Assembly (NCBI GenBank): GCA_051748045.1
Contig: JBNJGY010000035.1
Span: 7,447-22,046 of the forward strand
Direction of reading: 5' to 3'
DNA from: Thermotogota bacterium
GTDB taxonomy: Bacteria; Thermotogota; Thermotogae; Petrotogales; Petrotogaceae
DNA length: 14,600 bases
Made by a program: the position numbers and the translations under genes. Of this stretch, positions 6,165 through 14,600 are shown in pieces. The notes under the pieces are model-generated. The model saw only the letters and a program-made list of their open reading frames with translations. It had not been told where the DNA came from and ran no database searches. How positions within the stretch are numbered: position 1 is the first letter of the stretch; each line of letters opens with the position of its first letter.

Positions 6165-7094
6165 ATGTTCTTTTTATTTTTACCCTCTGTTTTCTTAGGG
6201 TGGTCTCTTGGGTCAAACGATGCAGCGAATATATTTGGACCTCCAGTATCAAGTGGAGTTATTAAATATAAAAATGCCGTAATAACAGCAGCTATTTTCG
6301 TTATCATAGGTGCATTGATAGGTGGAAGCGCTGGACTTCATAATATCGGTAACCTTTCAACTATAAGTCTAGAATTATCTTCATTATCTCTTTTTATAGC
6401 AGCCGTTACAGTTACTGTTATGACTTACATAGGACTTCCAGTTTCAACTACACAAGCAGTAGTTGGTGCAATTGTAGGTTTTGGATTTTTACAGGGATCT
6501 GTTGATTTTGAGATATTAAATAAAATCTGGTTATCTTGGATAGGTACTCCTATAGGAGCTTTAATTTTTTCCTATATTTTCTATAAGATTTTTTCTTTAG
6601 TTTTTTCAAGGTTCAGGTCGATTCAAGGCCAAGACAGATTTATTTTAACTCTCACTTGGATAGTAGGTATATATGGTTCTTATTCATTAGGGGCTAATAA
6701 TGTTGCCAATGTTACAGGAGTTTTTAATGGTATTGTTTTAAATACTCCCTTATTAGCTCTAATAGGTGGTGCATCTATTGCTCTCGGAATTTTGACATAC
6801 AGTAAAAAAGTTATGTATACTGTTGGAAAGAAAATTGTTAATTTGGACCATTTCTCTGCTATGATAGTAATGTTAGGAGCTGCTTCCACTGTTTGGATAT
6901 ACTCTTTAATCGGAGTTCCGGTGAGTAGTTCACAAGCTATAGTTGGTGCTGTTATTGGAATAGGGCTGTCCACAGGTACTAAGACCTTTAATAAGATTAT
7001 GATACTAAAAATCGTATTCGGATGGATAGGAACACCATTAATATCTGGATTAATTTCAATTTTAGCACTAAAAATAATGGAGGTTTTCGTATGA
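6165..7094 (+). CDS. pit: PiT-family inorganic phosphate/anion transporter (start moved from 6153 to ATG 6165)
   Basis: GSNDAAN and GANNVAN signatures, duplicated GLPVSTTQ/GVPVSSSQ motifs, highly hydrophobic; GGTGA RBS at 6155-6159. Confidence 0.92.
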   Translation: MFFLFLPSVFLGWSLGSNDAANIFGPPVSSGVIKYKNAVITAAIFVIIGALIGGSAGLHNIGNLSTISLELSSLSLFIAAVTVTVMTYIGLPVSTTQAVVGAIVGFGFLQGSVDFEILNKIWLSWIGTPIGALIFSYIFYKIFSLVFSRFRSIQGQDRFILTLTWIVGIYGSYSLGANNVANVTGVFNGIVLNTPLLALIGGASIALGILTYSKKVMYTVGKKIVNLDHFSAMIVMLGAASTVWIYSLIGVPVSSSQAIVGAVIGIGLSTGTKTFNKIMILKIVFGWIGTPLISGLISILALKIMEVFV

Positions 7095-7735
7095 AATTAT
7101 TTTTTGGTAAAAAAGAAAATCAAATTATCACTATGTTTAGAGAGCATTTAGAAAAAGTTGAAGAAGGTATTGATTTATTAGATGACTTATTGAACGCATA
7201 TATGAAAAAAGAAAATTTTAGAGAATTATGTGAAAAAATAGATGATATCGAAAACCAAGCAGATGTTCTAAGAAGAGGCATAGAAAAAGAAATGTATAAA
7301 GGTGGTTTTTTGCCTAACTTTAGAGGAGACTTGTTAGGTATAATTGAAAGCGTTGATAAAGTAATGAATAAAACTGAAAGTGTTGCTGATATGTTTTACT
7401 ATGAAGATCCATTTATCCCAGAAGAAATCAAAGAAGAATTTATTAACTTGTCTGAAAAAATTATAAAAACTTATAAAGCCTTAAAAAAAGCCATTGAATC
7501 CATTTTTGATAACGTAGATGATGCTTCAGATTTGATTAAAGAAGTTGAGGTTTCTGAACATGAAGCCGATATTCATGAAAAAAATATTAAAGAAATTGTT
7601 TTTAAAATGAATTTGGCTTTATCTCAAAAACTACATATTAAAGAAATATGTGAAAGTATGGGAGATATAGCTGATAGAGCGGAAAATACATCAGATAGAT
7701 TAGATATTCTATTAATGAAAAGAAATATAAAATAA
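7091..7735 (+). CDS. DUF47/PhoU-like phosphate transport regulator (start moved to ATG 7091)
   Basis: All-helical protein with repeated ENQADVLRR / EHEADIHEK and IADRAENTSD motifs; GGAGG RBS at 7079-7083; ATGA overlap with the pit stop. Confidence 0.9.
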   Translation: MKLFFGKKENQIITMFREHLEKVEEGIDLLDDLLNAYMKKENFRELCEKIDDIENQADVLRRGIEKEMYKGGFLPNFRGDLLGIIESVDKVMNKTESVADMFYYEDPFIPEEIKEEFINLSEKIIKTYKALKKAIESIFDNVDDASDLIKEVEVSEHEADIHEKNIKEIVFKMNLALSQKLHIKEICESMGDIADRAENTSDRLDILLMKRNIK

Positions 7736-7771
7736 AAAAATGCAGTTGGAAAAAATCCAACTGCATTTTTT
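7735..7771. terminator. Bidirectional intrinsic terminator
   Basis: aaaaaatgcagttgga-aaaaa-tccaactgcatttttt between convergent genes. Confidence 0.92.
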
Positions 7772-7785
7772 AATATGTTATATTA

Positions 7786-8760
7786 TTAATTTCCCATAAA
7801 TGTAAATATTGCAAATGAAACACCTGCAGATAAAGCAACTGATATTAGAATATCTACTATATCAACGCCGCCTTGACCTGATACTGAAGATATTGCATTT
7901 TTATTTTTTTCAACTTGACTAGATAGTTCAGAAACGCTACCTTGTGTTGTTGATATTTGTGATTCTAAATCTGAAATATCTCTTCTATTTTGATCTACAA
8001 CTTCAAAATAATCTTCTAAATTATTTATCTTATTTTCCATTTCATCAAGGCTCATTGAGTCTGATTTCATATCAATCTTTGAATTTAGGTTAGCTAATAA
8101 AGTATTTACTCTTTCTAATTCATCAGCATTACTTTCAATTTGAGAACTCATTGAATCTACTTTTGTACCCAATGATTCATGACTATTACTTAATCCATTC
8201 ATACTTTCCATAGCTGTGTTTAGATCGTTTTCTAATTTTGAAACTCTTGAAGATAAATTAGAAATTGAATCTTCATTAACAGTTGATGAGGAAAGATTGT
8301 TCACTTTTCTTTCTAACTCATCTATTTTTGTTGTAGTGTAACCTAGTAATTCATATGAGCTTGTTAGTTCATCAACTTCTGTTTCTAAATTAGATACTCT
8401 TGAATCCATTGAATTAACCAATTCTGCCAAATTATTCATTTGTTGAGAACTTGCAGAACCTGTTGAAGTGCCTAGTGAAGATAATTCACTTTCTAAATCA
8501 GCAATTTCTTCAGCTAAAGTAGACACCATGTTTTTTTCAATATAATCGATTGTTCTTGAAACAGCTAATGTTAGCTGGTATCTGTTGACATTTTCCATAC
8601 CTTTAAAAGTTCCATCTGGATAACCTTCCAAAATCCCTATGTCACTTACCCTTTGAACAGCATCGTAAGCCCAATGATTTATAGGTACATCTTTATAGTC
8701 TACAGTAAATGAAATAAGTGCCACTGAAACTACTAATAAAGCCACAAGTAACTTTTTCAC
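7786..8760 (-). CDS. SLH-domain coiled-coil envelope protein, Thermotogota Omp-alpha (toga spacer)-like (start probably GTG 8760)
   Basis: Signal peptide MKKLLVALLVV, SLH domain YKDVPINHWAYDAV...GYPDGTFKG...VNRYQL, long heptad coiled coil, C-terminal hydrophobic anchor; GGGGGTGA RBS at 8766-8773 fits the GTG at 8760. Confidence 0.88.
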   Translation of the reverse strand: MKKLLVALLVVSVALISFTVDYKDVPINHWAYDAVQRVSDIGILEGYPDGTFKGMENVNRYQLTLAVSRTIDYIEKNMVSTLAEEIADLESELSSLGTSTGSASSQQMNNLAELVNSMDSRVSNLETEVDELTSSYELLGYTTTKIDELERKVNNLSSSTVNEDSISNLSSRVSKLENDLNTAMESMNGLSNSHESLGTKVDSMSSQIESNADELERVNTLLANLNSKIDMKSDSMSLDEMENKINNLEDYFEVVDQNRRDISDLESQISTTQGSVSELSSQVEKNKNAISSVSGQGGVDIVDILISVALSAGVSFAIFTFMGN

Positions 8761-8790
8761 GCAAGTCACCCCCTGTAATTTTTATAATCT

Positions 8791-8827
8791 ATTACTATTT
8801 TATCATAAAAGATGGTAAAATAGTAAT
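8791..8827. promoter_or_regulatory. 16-bp inverted repeat with back-to-back extended -10 elements; candidate bidirectional promoter or operator
   Basis: attactattttatcat-aaaag-atggtaaaatagtaat (15/16); reads TG-G-TAAAAT on plus and TG-A-TAAAAT on minus. Confidence 0.6.
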
Positions 8828-8931
8828 GTTCTATCAAAGCTTAAATTATATAATATCATTGAAATTCTAAAATAATTTCTTAAAAATTACTTAAATATAT
8901 TTATAAAATAAAATGTTCCGGAGGTGTTTTT

Positions 8932-10695
8932 GTGTTTTTGAAAAGATCACACACATGTGGTGAACTCAACAAAGAATATGCAGGGAAAGAAGTTATATTA
9001 AATGGTTGGGTTCATATAATAAGAGATTTGGGTGGTATAAAATTTATACTTTTAAGAGATAGATATGGTAAAACTCAAGTATCTTTCGATCCTAATGAAA
9101 ATGAAGAATTATACAATAAAGCTTTAAACTTAGGAAATGAATATACAGTGGCTATAAAGGGAATTGTTAGAAAAAGACCTGACGAAGCTATTAATCCTAA
9201 TATGAAAACAGGAGAAATAGAAATCGCAGCTACAGAATTAGAAATCCTTTCTGAATCAGAAACACCACCAATTTACGTCAATAAAGAAGAAGAAACTTCT
9301 GAAAACCTAAGACTAAAATACAGATATTTAGACTTAAGAAAAGATAAAATGCAAAGAAATTTAATGATTAGACATAAATTCATGCAAGCTTCCAGAGAAT
9401 ATTTATCTGAAAATGGATTTTTAGAAATTGAAACTCCTTTTTTAACTAAATCAACCCCAGAAGGCGCTAGAGATTTTGTAGTACCTTCAAGAATTAAAAA
9501 AGGTAATTTCTATGCACTACCTCAATCACCACAAATATTCAAACAATTATTAATGGTTTCTGGTGTAGACAAATATTTTCAAATAGCAAGATGTTTTAGA
9601 GATGAAGACTTTAGAGCAGATAGACAACCAGAATTTACTCAAATTGATATAGAACAATCATTTGCTGATAAAGAAGATATTTTCAAGATGGGAGAGGAAT
9701 TAATCTCAAAAGCTATAAAAGAATCTTCCGGTGATTTAGTTGAAACTCCTTTTAAAAGAATGACATATCAACAGGCCATGGATTTATATGGTAGTGATAA
9801 ACCAGATACTAGATACGGAATGCAGCTTGTAGATATAACAGGATATTTCAGAGAAACAGAGGCGAAATTTTTAAAATCAATTATCGATGATGGTGGCATT
9901 ATAAAAGGTTTTGTAGTAGAAGATAAAGCTAATGAATATTCTAGAAAAAAATATGATGAACTTACTGATTTGGCAAAACAATTTGGTGCTTCAGGGCTTA
10001 TATGGATTGCTAACAAAGAAAATGACGTTAAATCAACAATAAAAAAATTAGCTTCAAAAGAAATTAATACTATGATTGAAGATGGTATAATACCTAATAA
10101 CTGTGTTATGTTGATAATTGCTGGGGAAAAAAGTAAAGCAAATAAAATCTTGGGTCATTTAAGGGCGAATTTAATAAAAAATGAATTTGATAAAAAAGAA
10201 GGTTTTGATATTCTTTGGGTTACAGATTTCCCAATGTTCTCTTGGAATGAAGAGGAAAACAGGTTAGAATCCGAGCACCACCCTTTCACTATGCCTAATT
10301 TAGAAGATTTGGAAAAATACAGTGATTCTGATCCTTTAAAAATTAAATCTGAATCATATGATTTAGTTGTAAACGGATATGAAATGGCAAGTGGTAGTTC
10401 GAGAATTCACCGAAAAGATATACAACAAAAAGTTTTTGAAACTATCGGTTTAGATGAAAACGAAATAAAAGATAAATTTGGTTTTTTATTGGAGGCATTT
10501 AGATATGGTCCACCACCACATGCAGGAGTTGCATTTGGTATGGACAGATTAATAGCTGTACTAGCAGGAGAAGATTCAATAAAAGAAGTTATAGCCTTCC
10601 CAAAAACAGCAACAGGCTCAGATCCTATGAGTGAAGCACCTTCTAAGCTAGGTGAAAATCAACTTAAAGATCTTGGGATTAATTTGAACATGTAA
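8932..10695 (+). CDS. aspS: Aspartate--tRNA ligase (bacterial type)
   Basis: RSHTCGEL, RDLGG, STPEGARDF, ALPQSPQIFKQ, CFRDEDFRADRQPEFTQID, YGSDKPD, HHPFT, GPPPHAG, VIAFPKT; GGAGGTG RBS at 8920-8926, GTG start. Confidence 0.98.
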   Translation: MFLKRSHTCGELNKEYAGKEVILNGWVHIIRDLGGIKFILLRDRYGKTQVSFDPNENEELYNKALNLGNEYTVAIKGIVRKRPDEAINPNMKTGEIEIAATELEILSESETPPIYVNKEEETSENLRLKYRYLDLRKDKMQRNLMIRHKFMQASREYLSENGFLEIETPFLTKSTPEGARDFVVPSRIKKGNFYALPQSPQIFKQLLMVSGVDKYFQIARCFRDEDFRADRQPEFTQIDIEQSFADKEDIFKMGEELISKAIKESSGDLVETPFKRMTYQQAMDLYGSDKPDTRYGMQLVDITGYFRETEAKFLKSIIDDGGIIKGFVVEDKANEYSRKKYDELTDLAKQFGASGLIWIANKENDVKSTIKKLASKEINTMIEDGIIPNNCVMLIIAGEKSKANKILGHLRANLIKNEFDKKEGFDILWVTDFPMFSWNEEENRLESEHHPFTMPNLEDLEKYSDSDPLKIKSESYDLVVNGYEMASGSSRIHRKDIQQKVFETIGLDENEIKDKFGFLLEAFRYGPPPHAGVAFGMDRLIAVLAGEDSIKEVIAFPKTATGSDPMSEAPSKLGENQLKDLGINLNM

Positions 10696-10724
10696 TAAAA
10701 CTAAAATTTTTAGGAGGGGTATTT

Positions 10725-11054
10725 ATGGATTTCGTTATAACATTTGAAGAAATAGATAAATCTTTCGTGGTTAAAGTATCAGGAGATATTGATGCTTATC
10801 ATTCTGCTACTTTCAAACAAAAGGTGATGGAGCATATGGAAAATACTGACAAAAAATATATTGTTCTAGATATGTCAGAAGTATCCTATATTGATTCCGC
10901 AGGATTAGGTTCTATAGTATCTTTGATAAAAGAATCAAAAAAATCAGAAAAAGAGATCGTTCTAGTATCTCTTAAAAAACAAATTAGAAAAATATTTGAA
11001 ATGACAAAATTAGACAAAATAATAAGAATGGAAGATACAATAGAAGAAATTTAA
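10725..11054 (+). CDS. STAS-domain anti-sigma factor antagonist (SpoIIAA/RsbV-like)
   Basis: VSGDID, LDMSEVSYIDSAGLG with the conserved phosphorylatable Ser, IFEMTKLD; AGGAGG RBS. Confidence 0.93.
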   Translation: MDFVITFEEIDKSFVVKVSGDIDAYHSATFKQKVMEHMENTDKKYIVLDMSEVSYIDSAGLGSIVSLIKESKKSEKEIVLVSLKKQIRKIFEMTKLDKIIRMEDTIEEI

Positions 11055-11072
11055 TAGAAAGGATTGAAAATT

Positions 11073-11738
11073 TTGATACACGTTGCAATAGATGGCCCTG
11101 CAGGCTCAGGAAAGTCTACCATAGCTAAAAAAGTTGCAAACAAACTAAACATAAAATATTTAGATAGTGGTGCTTTGTATAGAATAATAGGATATTTTTT
11201 CAAAGAAAAATTAAATACTTTCGATGAAAATGCTATAAGAGAAAATCTAGAAGACATAAAAATATCTTTAGAAAACAATAATTATATTTTAAACAACGAA
11301 AAAATCGATCATCAAATTAGAAAAGCTGAATCAGGTAATTATGCATCGATAGTAGCTAAAATACCTGAAGTGAGAAATAAAGTAAATGATATTTTAAGAA
11401 ATATTTCTGATAAAATGAGTACAGTTATCGATGGAAGAGACATTGGAACGGTTGTCCTCCCAAATGCTGAATACAAATTTTTTCTTACAGCATCAGCTCA
11501 AGAAAGAGCAACAAGAAGATATAACGAGTTAATAAAAAAGGGCGAAAAAGTTGATTATAATTCTATTCTAGAAGAAATTCAACAAAGAGATTACAACGAT
11601 TCAAATAGAAAAATCGCCCCATTACAACCAGCAGAAGATGCAATTGAAATTGATACTACTTCAAAAAACATAGACCAAGTATTAAAGGAAATACTGAATC
11701 ATATTGATGGTGATTTTTATGAAAGTAAAAATAGCTAA
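11073..11738 (+). CDS. cmk: Cytidylate kinase (start probably TTG 11073)
   Basis: AIDGPAGSGKST P-loop, YLDSGALYR, DGRDIGTVVLP, RDYNDSNR; the AAAGGA RBS abuts TTG 11064 but is properly spaced from TTG 11073. Confidence 0.96.
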   Translation: MIHVAIDGPAGSGKSTIAKKVANKLNIKYLDSGALYRIIGYFFKEKLNTFDENAIRENLEDIKISLENNNYILNNEKIDHQIRKAESGNYASIVAKIPEVRNKVNDILRNISDKMSTVIDGRDIGTVVLPNAEYKFFLTASAQERATRRYNELIKKGEKVDYNSILEEIQQRDYNDSNRKIAPLQPAEDAIEIDTTSKNIDQVLKEILNHIDGDFYESKNS

Positions 11739-12579
11739 AAAAGTAGGTTTTTGTTATGGAGTTAATAGAGCTTATAACAAGACTAATATATTATTAACTG
11801 AAAGCAATGAAAAAACATATTTATTTGGTGAATTGGTACATAACAAATTAGTTGTAAATAGCCTAAAAGATCAAGGTATTAAAATATTTGAAGATATTAA
11901 AAATTTACCAGATGATTCTAAAGAATCAAGAGTTATCATAAGAGCACATGGAATAACTCTTGAGGAAAGAAGAATTCTAGAAAATAATTTCAAAGAAATA
12001 ATTGATTTGACTTGTCCTATAGTAAACAGAATGACTTCTTTTGTAAGAGAAAAACAGAAAGAAGGTTATTTTGTTATTGTTTTCGGAAAAGAAACACACC
12101 CAGAAATGAGAGGGTTAAAAGGATCTGTTGATCAACAAAAAATAAAAATTACAAAAGTAATTCAAAAAGAAAAATTCGACAAAGTGTGTATTGCGTCTCA
12201 AACTACAGTGGACAATAAATCATTTAAAGATTTCTATTTGAAATATCTAAAAATGAACGATTTTTCTGATATAATTATAAAAAACACCATATGCATTGAA
12301 ACATCAAAAAGAGAAATTGAAGCAGAAGAAATTTCTCAGTGGTCTGATGCTGTTATAGTCCTCGGAGGTAAGAATAGTTCTAACACAAAAAAACTAGTGA
12401 ATATATCTAAAAACTTCACTCAAAATACATATCACATAGAAGAAATAAATGAATTGGTGGATATAACATTAAATTTTGAGAAAATTGGAATACTAACTGG
12501 TGCTTCTACAGCATTATGGACATTGAAAGATCTTACTGAATATTTGGTAAAAAATTATTCAGCAGAAATAATAGATTGA
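11719..12579 (+). CDS. ispH: 4-hydroxy-3-methylbut-2-enyl diphosphate reductase (start moved to ATG 11719)
   Basis: Three Fe-S Cys motifs (GFCYGV, DLTCP, NTIC), VHN, RAHG, HPE, SQTT, SSNT, GAST; GGTGA RBS at 11709-11713; 20-nt overlap with cmk. Confidence 0.95.
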   Translation: MKVKIAKKVGFCYGVNRAYNKTNILLTESNEKTYLFGELVHNKLVVNSLKDQGIKIFEDIKNLPDDSKESRVIIRAHGITLEERRILENNFKEIIDLTCPIVNRMTSFVREKQKEGYFVIVFGKETHPEMRGLKGSVDQQKIKITKVIQKEKFDKVCIASQTTVDNKSFKDFYLKYLKMNDFSDIIIKNTICIETSKREIEAEEISQWSDAVIVLGGKNSSNTKKLVNISKNFTQNTYHIEEINELVDITLNFEKIGILTGASTALWTLKDLTEYLVKNYSAEIID

Positions 12580-12616
12580 AGTCAATATTTCTTAATATAT
12601 AAGGAGGTTTCACTTA

Positions 12617-14224
12617 ATGAACGAGAAAACTTTTGAAGAATTACTTCAAGAAGAAGAAATTAATGAACTGAAAAAAGGTAAGGTATTGGAAGGTACAGTT
12701 TTTGAAAAAGATAACGACGGAATCTGGGTTGCACTTGAAGGTGCTACAGGAGATGTTTTTGTAAGAAGTGAAGAACTTTTAAAAGATATTTCTGAATATA
12801 AAACTGATGACAAAATAACAGTAAAAGTTGTAAAAACTAATGATGCAGAAGGTTTCAACACAGCTTCAGAAAAAAGAGCTATAGCAGAAAAAATACTTGA
12901 TGATATAGAAGAAGGAAGCATTGTAAATGCTAAATTCAACGTTAGACTCAAAAAAGGTTATGGAATGTTAATTAATGATGCAGTTAGAGCTTTTCTTCCT
13001 GGTTCTTTATCTTTATTAAGACCTGAAGACCCAATGCCAGAAGGCGATTTAAAGGTACAAGTCATTTCAAAAAGAGGAAGAAAATTAGTTGTATCAAGAA
13101 GAGATGTAAAAGAACAAGCTATAAAAGAAGTTTATGATGAATACAAGAAAAATATGGTTGTCGAAGGCGTAGTTGAATCTGTTAAAGACTTTGGTGCTTT
13201 CGTAAAATTAAACGATCACGTAACAGCATTAATACCAAGAAGTGAAATTAACTGGGATAAAGTAAATGATATTCACGAAATCCTCTCTGAAGGCGATAAA
13301 GTAAGAGGAGTAATAATTAACTTAGATAAAGAAAATAAAAAAATATCAATTTCATTAAAACAAATGAAAGATGATCCATGGGAAAACATTGAAGATAAAT
13401 TCCCAGCAGGTACTATACACAAAGGTACAGTAACAAAATTATTCCCATTTGGGTTTACAGTAAAACTAGATGATGGTATCGAGGGCTTAGTTCATGAATC
13501 AGAAGTTTTCTGGGCTAGAAAGGGTAAAATAACAGATGTTGTTTCTTTAAATGATGTTGTTGAAGTAAAAGTACTTGATATCGATAAAGAAAACAGAAGA
13601 ATGAGCTTAAGCTATAGAGAAGCTATTGGAAATCCTTGGGAAGATATAGATGAAAAATATAATGAAGGTAATGTTGTAACAGGAACTGTTGAAAAAATCC
13701 TTCCAAATGGTGCAATAATAAAGTTAGAAGAAGGATTAACAGGATTTTTACATGTTTCAGAACTTTCTTGGAACTTCATTGATAGCGTGGAAGAAGCTCT
13801 TAAAGAAGGCGACAAAGAAAAAGTAAAAATATTAAATATTGATAAAGAAAATAAAAAAATAAAATTATCTATAAAACAAGCGAAAGACAATCCTTGGAAA
13901 AAAGTTTCAGAAGAAGTAAATGTAGGAGATACACTTAAAGGTAAAATAACAAGATTTGCTGGAAAAGGGGCTGTCGTTTTAATAGATGGATACGATGTTG
14001 AAGGCTTTTTACCTGGTGCTAGAGCAACGGAAGAAAAAGTTGAAGATATTGAAGAAGAACTAAATGTAGGAGACGAAGTTGAAGGTAAAGTATTAAATAT
14101 CGAATTTGAAAACGATGCAAAAAGAGGTAATCTTATTATCTCAGTATATGATTTATTAAAAGAACAAGAAAAAGAAGAAAGCATTCAAGCAATGCAAGAA
14201 ATGAACGAAGATATAGAAGACTAG
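12617..14224 (+). CDS. rpsA: 30S ribosomal protein S1
   Basis: About six S1 repeats (AFLPGS, DFGAFVKL, PFGFTVKL, EGLVHESEV, GFLHVSELSW, ISLSxKQ..DPW-type ends); AAGGAGG RBS at 12601-12607. Confidence 0.96.
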   Translation: MNEKTFEELLQEEEINELKKGKVLEGTVFEKDNDGIWVALEGATGDVFVRSEELLKDISEYKTDDKITVKVVKTNDAEGFNTASEKRAIAEKILDDIEEGSIVNAKFNVRLKKGYGMLINDAVRAFLPGSLSLLRPEDPMPEGDLKVQVISKRGRKLVVSRRDVKEQAIKEVYDEYKKNMVVEGVVESVKDFGAFVKLNDHVTALIPRSEINWDKVNDIHEILSEGDKVRGVIINLDKENKKISISLKQMKDDPWENIEDKFPAGTIHKGTVTKLFPFGFTVKLDDGIEGLVHESEVFWARKGKITDVVSLNDVVEVKVLDIDKENRRMSLSYREAIGNPWEDIDEKYNEGNVVTGTVEKILPNGAIIKLEEGLTGFLHVSELSWNFIDSVEEALKEGDKEKVKILNIDKENKKIKLSIKQAKDNPWKKVSEEVNVGDTLKGKITRFAGKGAVVLIDGYDVEGFLPGARATEEKVEDIEEELNVGDEVEGKVLNIEFENDAKRGNLIISVYDLLKEQEKEESIQAMQEMNEDIED

Positions 14225-14244
14225 ATAAACCGGGAGTGATCATC

Positions 14245-14600
14245 ATGTCAAAACCATTAGTTTTGATAGTTGGTAAACCTAATGTAGGGAAATCAACACT
14301 ATTTAACAGAATTATTGGAGAAAAAAAATCAATTGTTTTAGATCAACCGGGTGTAACTAGAGATCACATATATGGAGAGGCACGCTGGGATAAGCGTGCC
14401 TTTACCTTAGTGGATACATGCGGTATTTTTGAAGATCCAGAAGAAATAATTGCAAGGCAACAAAAAGATGTAGTTATAAATTCTATCAAAGAAGCTTCTT
14501 TGGTAGTTTTTGTAGTAGACGGAAGACATGGAACTACATCGGAAGATTTTCATATAGCTGAATTTTTGAGAAAATCTGGTGTAGATGTTTTAATTGTTGC
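14245..14600 (+). CDS. der: Ribosome biogenesis GTPase Der/EngA, 5' part only (cut by window end; not in the ORF track)
   Basis: Hand translation MSKPLVLIVGKPNVGKSTLFNRII...SIVLDQPGVTRD...VDTCG...VFVVDG; GGGAGTGA RBS at 14232-14239; usual position after cmk/rpsA. Confidence 0.95.
   Translation, partial: MSKPLVLIVGKPNVGKSTLFNRIIGEKKSIVLDQPGVTRDHIYGEARWDKRAFTLVDTCGIFEDPEEIIARQQKDVVINSIKEASLVVFVVDGRHGTTSEDFHIAEFLRKSGVDVLIV

Noticed and set aside
7741..7765. gttgga/tccaac in the terminator stem resembling the heptamer unit
   Set aside because: Only a 6-nt match, fully explained by the terminator stem
8791..8827. Inverted repeat as an intrinsic terminator
   Set aside because: It lies between divergent 5' ends, the stem is AT-rich and there is no U-tract
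13325..13861. Exact 21-bp repeat gataaagaaaataaaaaaata (13325-13345 and 13841-13861) in rpsA
   Set aside because: Encodes DKENKKI at the same position of two S1 domains; explained by domain repetition and A-rich codons
6680..14184. Minus-strand ORFs 6680-6973, 9768-10016, 11051-11278, 12646-12951 and 13612-14184
   Set aside because: Antisense shadows; their Ser/Phe/Ile-rich composition mirrors the sense-strand codons

Overview
AT-rich (about 30% GC) bacterial DNA, most likely Thermotogota (Petrotogales-like). This is inferred from an Omp-alpha-type toga protein and the aspS-STAS-cmk-ispH-rpsA-der gene order. Left to right: pcp (-); a repeat-rich, structured intergenic region (697-1113); an orphan ORF of about 20% GC with a possible TIR/flavodoxin-like fold; a ROK repressor plus a glucose/mannose-type ABC transporter with no ATPase gene (-); PiT transporter plus DUF47 (+); an SLH/coiled-coil toga protein (-); and a housekeeping operon ending in a der gene cut by the window edge. 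Most of the window is ordinary. The first 1.5 kb is the exception. It holds a TGTC-tagged REP-like doublet with a compensatory base change, nested mutually exclusive hairpins, a possible minus-strand promoter, and heptamer-register repeats bracketing pcp. Twin candidate ROK operators and a 16-bp palindromic bidirectional-promoter candidate also stand out. No complete novel multi-gene system can be shown from sequence alone.
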